Of a stretch of DNA of 64,000 bases, positions 62,820-64,000 are shown piece after piece. The notes beneath the pieces were generated by a model that was not told the DNA's origin, did no database searches, and was given only the letters and a program-made list of their open reading frames with translations. Numbering within the stretch: position 1 is the first letter of the stretch; the number at the start of each line of letters is the position of its first letter. Source of the stretch: the human T2T-CHM13v2.0 reference genome, Homo sapiens; NCBI RefSeq assembly GCF_009914755.1, contig NC_060926.1; one strand, written 5' to 3'. Position numbers and translations under genes: made by a program.

Positions 62820-63740
62820 AGGCAGAGGCTATCAAATTAAATTTTTAAAAAACAAATCCAGCTGTCTTCTGCTATAAGTGGTACTTTTAAAGCTAAACAG
62901 TGTAGAAAGATAAAAATAAAGATATGCAAGGAAATATATGAAGCATGACTAGCCAAAAGAAATATTACATATATAACTTGTAAAAAAGAAAGCTGGTATA
63001 GAAAGTTGACAATTTTAGATAAAATGAATTCCAGACCAAAAACAAAGAACAAGGCAAAGCCCCACAGTAACTGGGACAAAAAAAGAATGCTGCAACATGA
63101 AAAAAGAAACAACTAAAAATAAATAATAATTATGACCTGTATTACTAAAACATATAATCTTAATATATATAAAGCTGAAAGATTTACAATAGGAAATTCA
63201 TACAACCACAGATCTGGAGACTTTAGTAGAACTCAATTATTAAGTGATGGTCTGAGCAGACAAAATGCTGGAAGTTTTTAACCCATAGAAAAACTCAAAA
63301 TATTTAAAAAAATCTATTGTACAAAATAATTTTTCTGATAATGCCTAAAACTTTGAATATCAAATTAAAAGAAAATAAAGAGCAGTATGTGTTTTGATAG
63401 TTAAGAATGTGGAAAAACTTCTCTAAGTAACCTTTGGAGTAAAAAAGCTATCATGTTAGAAATTCAAAAAGATTTACAATTAATGGCAATTTTACTGCAC
63501 AAGAAATCTATGGTATTCAGGAACATGGTACCTAGAAAATAATTATAGTTTTAAAATTATTTATTCATAAAACAAGAAAGACCCTGGGTGGGGGTGAGCT
63601 AAGTAAAGAAGCTTCTGGTAATAATAGTATAAATCTAAGTAGAATGATGATAAACCTAACAATGGATAAGATTTTGATTTTTACTAGTTCGCAGAAAAGC
63701 AGATAAACTTTTCAAGTGTTGATAGAGATAAGAAGAAAAA
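62820..63740 (+). mobile_element. Highly decayed L1M ORF2 (endonuclease region) relic
   Basis: A-rich, with AAAGAAAGCTGG..AGATAAAATGAATT..TGGAGACTTTA..CTTCTCTAAGTAAC colinear with the L1 ORF2 5' region. Confidence 0.5.
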
Positions 63741-64000
63741 GTCACTCTCATTCACATGGTTGGTAGAAGTATATATTAACTTAATATTCCAGAAGGCTGT
63801 TTTATAATGTGTGTATTTTAAACCGGGTATTTCTTTGAGAATACTTTTCTGGAGGAATTTTATATTAAGGAAAAAAATCAGACAAGTATATGAAAATGAA
63901 TCCTCCTTCCCAGATGAGGGCAAAGTGAAAAACGTAATGTCTAGTAAGAAAAAAAATTGGTCAGAGTCACTATATAAGATATAATACAATATTACTCAAT

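Overview
AT-rich primate (human-like) genomic DNA. It has no CpG island and no recognisable protein-coding exon, tRNA or rRNA gene, and roughly half or more of it is interspersed repeat. The repeats include eight Alus (Y, Sp, Sc, Sx/Sz, Sg, J classes), several L1 generations (L1M, L1MA/MB/MC, L1PA8-10, L1PA15-17), L2/MIR relics, a full-length THE1A provirus with 5-bp TSD, MST/MLT1/MLT2/MER41 LTR pieces, and DNA transposons (near full-length Tigger1, two MER44, MER5, a rearranged MER47, a piggyBac MER85). The supplied ORFs are repeat-derived or chance. The most notable structures are: (i) a perfect 52-bp-arm inverted duplication inside the THE1A 3' LTR that is much younger than the LTR and mirrors its poly(A) signal; (ii) a twin-primed L1PA inserted into an older L1MA near the homologous position, forming a ~1.1-kb imperfect inverted repeat, with an Alu sitting exactly on the inversion junction; (iii) a MER85 with an intact CSB-PGBD3 binding palindrome. 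I see no evidence for a new multi-gene system. Subfamily names come from remembered consensus sequences, and boundaries of old repeats are approximate.
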